From Opitutales bacterium (GTDB taxonomy: Bacteria > Verrucomicrobiota > Verrucomicrobiia > Opitutales > PNEW01), in NCBI GenBank assembly GCA_965197745.1, contig CBDANS010000007.1, positions 1,056,001 to 1,120,000 on the forward strand: a stretch of DNA of 64,000 bases, read 5' to 3'. Each line of letters starts with the position of its first letter. Within the stretch, counting starts at the first letter, position 1. Made by a program: the position numbers and the translations under genes. A model generated the notes under the pieces. That model made no database searches and was not told the origin of the DNA. It was given only the letters and a program-made list of their open reading frames with translations. Positions 62,549 to 64,000 of this stretch are shown here, one piece after another.

Positions 62549-62602
62549 GATTGTTTCTGGTGAGGTGACAACGCCTACCAGCATTATTTAAGAAAACTCG
62601 AT

Positions 62603-62728
62603 GGGGTCAGGCTGTGTATTTATAAATATAGATATTAGATAAATATTGAGTGCTAACTGATTCGATTAATTTTTTATCCTGATGTTATATTGTTTACAAC
62701 TAACCTTATAAATACACAGCCTGACCCC
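62603..62728. mobile_element. MITE-like element with 23-bp perfect IR (GGGGTCAGGCTGTGTATTTATAA)
   Basis: IRs at 62603-62625 and 62706-62728; same GGGTCAG end type as 44603. Confidence 0.7.
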
Positions 62729-62844
62729 TTTTAGCCTTTCATGTCTCTATTAAAAATCAAAACGCGCTAGGGACAGCGAGTTCCACCCCTCTCTAAATCT
62801 TTTTTGTGTGAATCTTGTGCTTCTTGTGGCTATCTTGAATTTAC

Positions 62845-64000
62845 TCAGCCTCTGCGCTGGAAGCGCAAGAAGATAAAGAGGCAACCGATCCCCATCAACG
62901 CCCAGGTGGAGGGCTCGGGGACGACTACGAGATTGAGGGAATTGGCGTTGTAAATAGGGGTAAAAAACAGATTACCATCATCAAAGCCGAACTCATCGTC
63001 GACAGAACCAAATTGACCGGTCAGCGTCCCGGTCCAGGTGAGGACTTCAAATATATCACCTAATTGTGGTAATGTTCCACCTAATAGATCTATTTCCAAA
63101 GAACCACTTGAGAAAGATAAGTTTCCGTCGACATTTAATTCACTCCAATCAATAGCGTCTAATATATCTACCTCATAAATGCTGCCGGATTCAAAAACAA
63201 GAGAGTTTTCAATATCAAGGGGCCAAGTCGTTTCAGGCGCAATAGTCCCAAAGTTGTAAAACGTTTCTTGATCCGTGAGAATTTTTCCTGCACCTTTAAT
63301 TATACCATAATTGGTCACGTCAAATAATGCATTTAATTCTGATTGAGTACCGCCTGCGGTAAACATCTCTATGACACCGTTCGTTCCAACCGTAACTGAG
63401 TTGGCTTGAAGGGTCCCATCGTAATGAATATTAACCTGATTAGTGGGGCCGGATGGACCAATTGTGCCAACGAAGACATCATCCGCCGTTATTACACCGC
63501 CGGAAGACCCGCCTCCAAATATATCTACCGTACCCTGACCGGCCAAACCCACTTGCAGATCGCCGCCAATTTGCAGCGATGTATTGTCATACAATTCAAT
63601 GGTTCCGCTGCCGCCTGAACTAAAGCCGACAATTAAATCCGCATCGACAGTGGCATTCGCAGAGTCAGGATTTCCTGTTAATACAAGCTTACCGCTGCCG
63701 CCACCGCCAACAACTAAACGGCCATCGACATTAAAATTAGCATTACCCGACTCATTTGTAGCATCAACGCGAATTTCACCTATGCTGCCGCTGTTTACTC
63801 CGATGATTGCATCGTTGCCACTTACATCATTATTAACATTAAAAGTTGCTATTTCTAATATTTCGAGCAAGCCGACTCCCGTGCTGTTCCGCCCAACATT
63901 CAAGTCCAACGTATTGAAAAAAATTGAATCAATAACATTAAGATGTCCCATACCGGAGCTTCCAATTTCGGTAAGAAAGTCAACGTTCACTATGCCTTCC
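62845..64000 (-). CDS. PEP-CTERM surface protein with beta-helix/autotransporter-like repeats (5' end beyond window)
   Basis: C-terminal VVVPEPSTWALMGIGCLFIFLRFQRR; Gly-rich VG..G.G.L repeats. Confidence 0.92.
   Translation of the reverse strand, partial: EGIVNVDFLTEIGSSGMGHLNVIDSIFFNTLDLNVGRNSTGVGLLEILEIATFNVNNDVSGNDAIIGVNSGSIGEIRVDATNESGNANFNVDGRLVVGGGGSGKLVLTGNPDSANATVDADLIVGFSSGGSGTIELYDNTSLQIGGDLQVGLAGQGTVDIFGGGSSGGVITADDVFVGTIGPSGPTNQVNIHYDGTLQANSVTVGTNGVIEMFTAGGTQSELNALFDVTNYGIIKGAGKILTDQETFYNFGTIAPETTWPLDIENSLVFESGSIYEVDILDAIDWSELNVDGNLSFSSGSLEIDLLGGTLPQLGDIFEVLTWTGTLTGQFGSVDDEFGFDDGNLFFTPIYNANSLNLVVVPEPSTWALMGIGCLFIFLRFQRRG

Overview
Bacterial chromosomal window, probably from a PVC-superphylum (Opitutales/Verrucomicrobia-like) organism; this is inferred from a PEP-CTERM protein and the REP and integrase types. 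Only ~32.9-38.5 kb is core genome (hemG/hemY-hemE-hemF, an epimerase, ybaB-recR, tRNA-Gly-CCC). LEFT (1.8-32.8 kb): two diverged direct copies of an integrative module (tyrosine integrase, ~400-nt conserved non-coding leader, WELLRRN/DUF6499-like regulator). The first copy also has an AlpA/Xis-like gene, a replication-like gene, a dif-like site and origin/packaging-like repeats. The two copies bracket a GC-rich cargo block: histidine kinase, periplasmic binding protein, RsbW/RsbU/RsbV partner switch, Amt, a broken TonB receptor, and an MMPL/LolA-like/beta-barrel/oxygenase module. RIGHT (38.7-62.7 kb, starting just after tRNA-Gly): a string of mostly single, unrelated accessory genes (TolB-TPR paralogs, ZntB, GYD, SnoaL, FAD monooxygenase, NIPSNAP, DUF4386-like, amidohydrolase, four PhyH dioxygenases, VOC, BNR sialidase). 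About 12 co-oriented copies of a 60-85 bp hairpin repeat (…TCAAG/TCGAG…GAGAGCGTTTT…GGGGTAT-loop-ATACCCC) separate them. The repeat is not a canonical attC, so this is the best candidate for an undescribed integron-like cassette system. Also present: three IS3 copies carrying tiny 22-44 bp insertions, an IS4 element inserted into the end of a mini Y1/RAYT-derived element, a duplicated recR 3' fragment and a half tRNA-Pro. All calls come from reading the sequence; no database searches were run.
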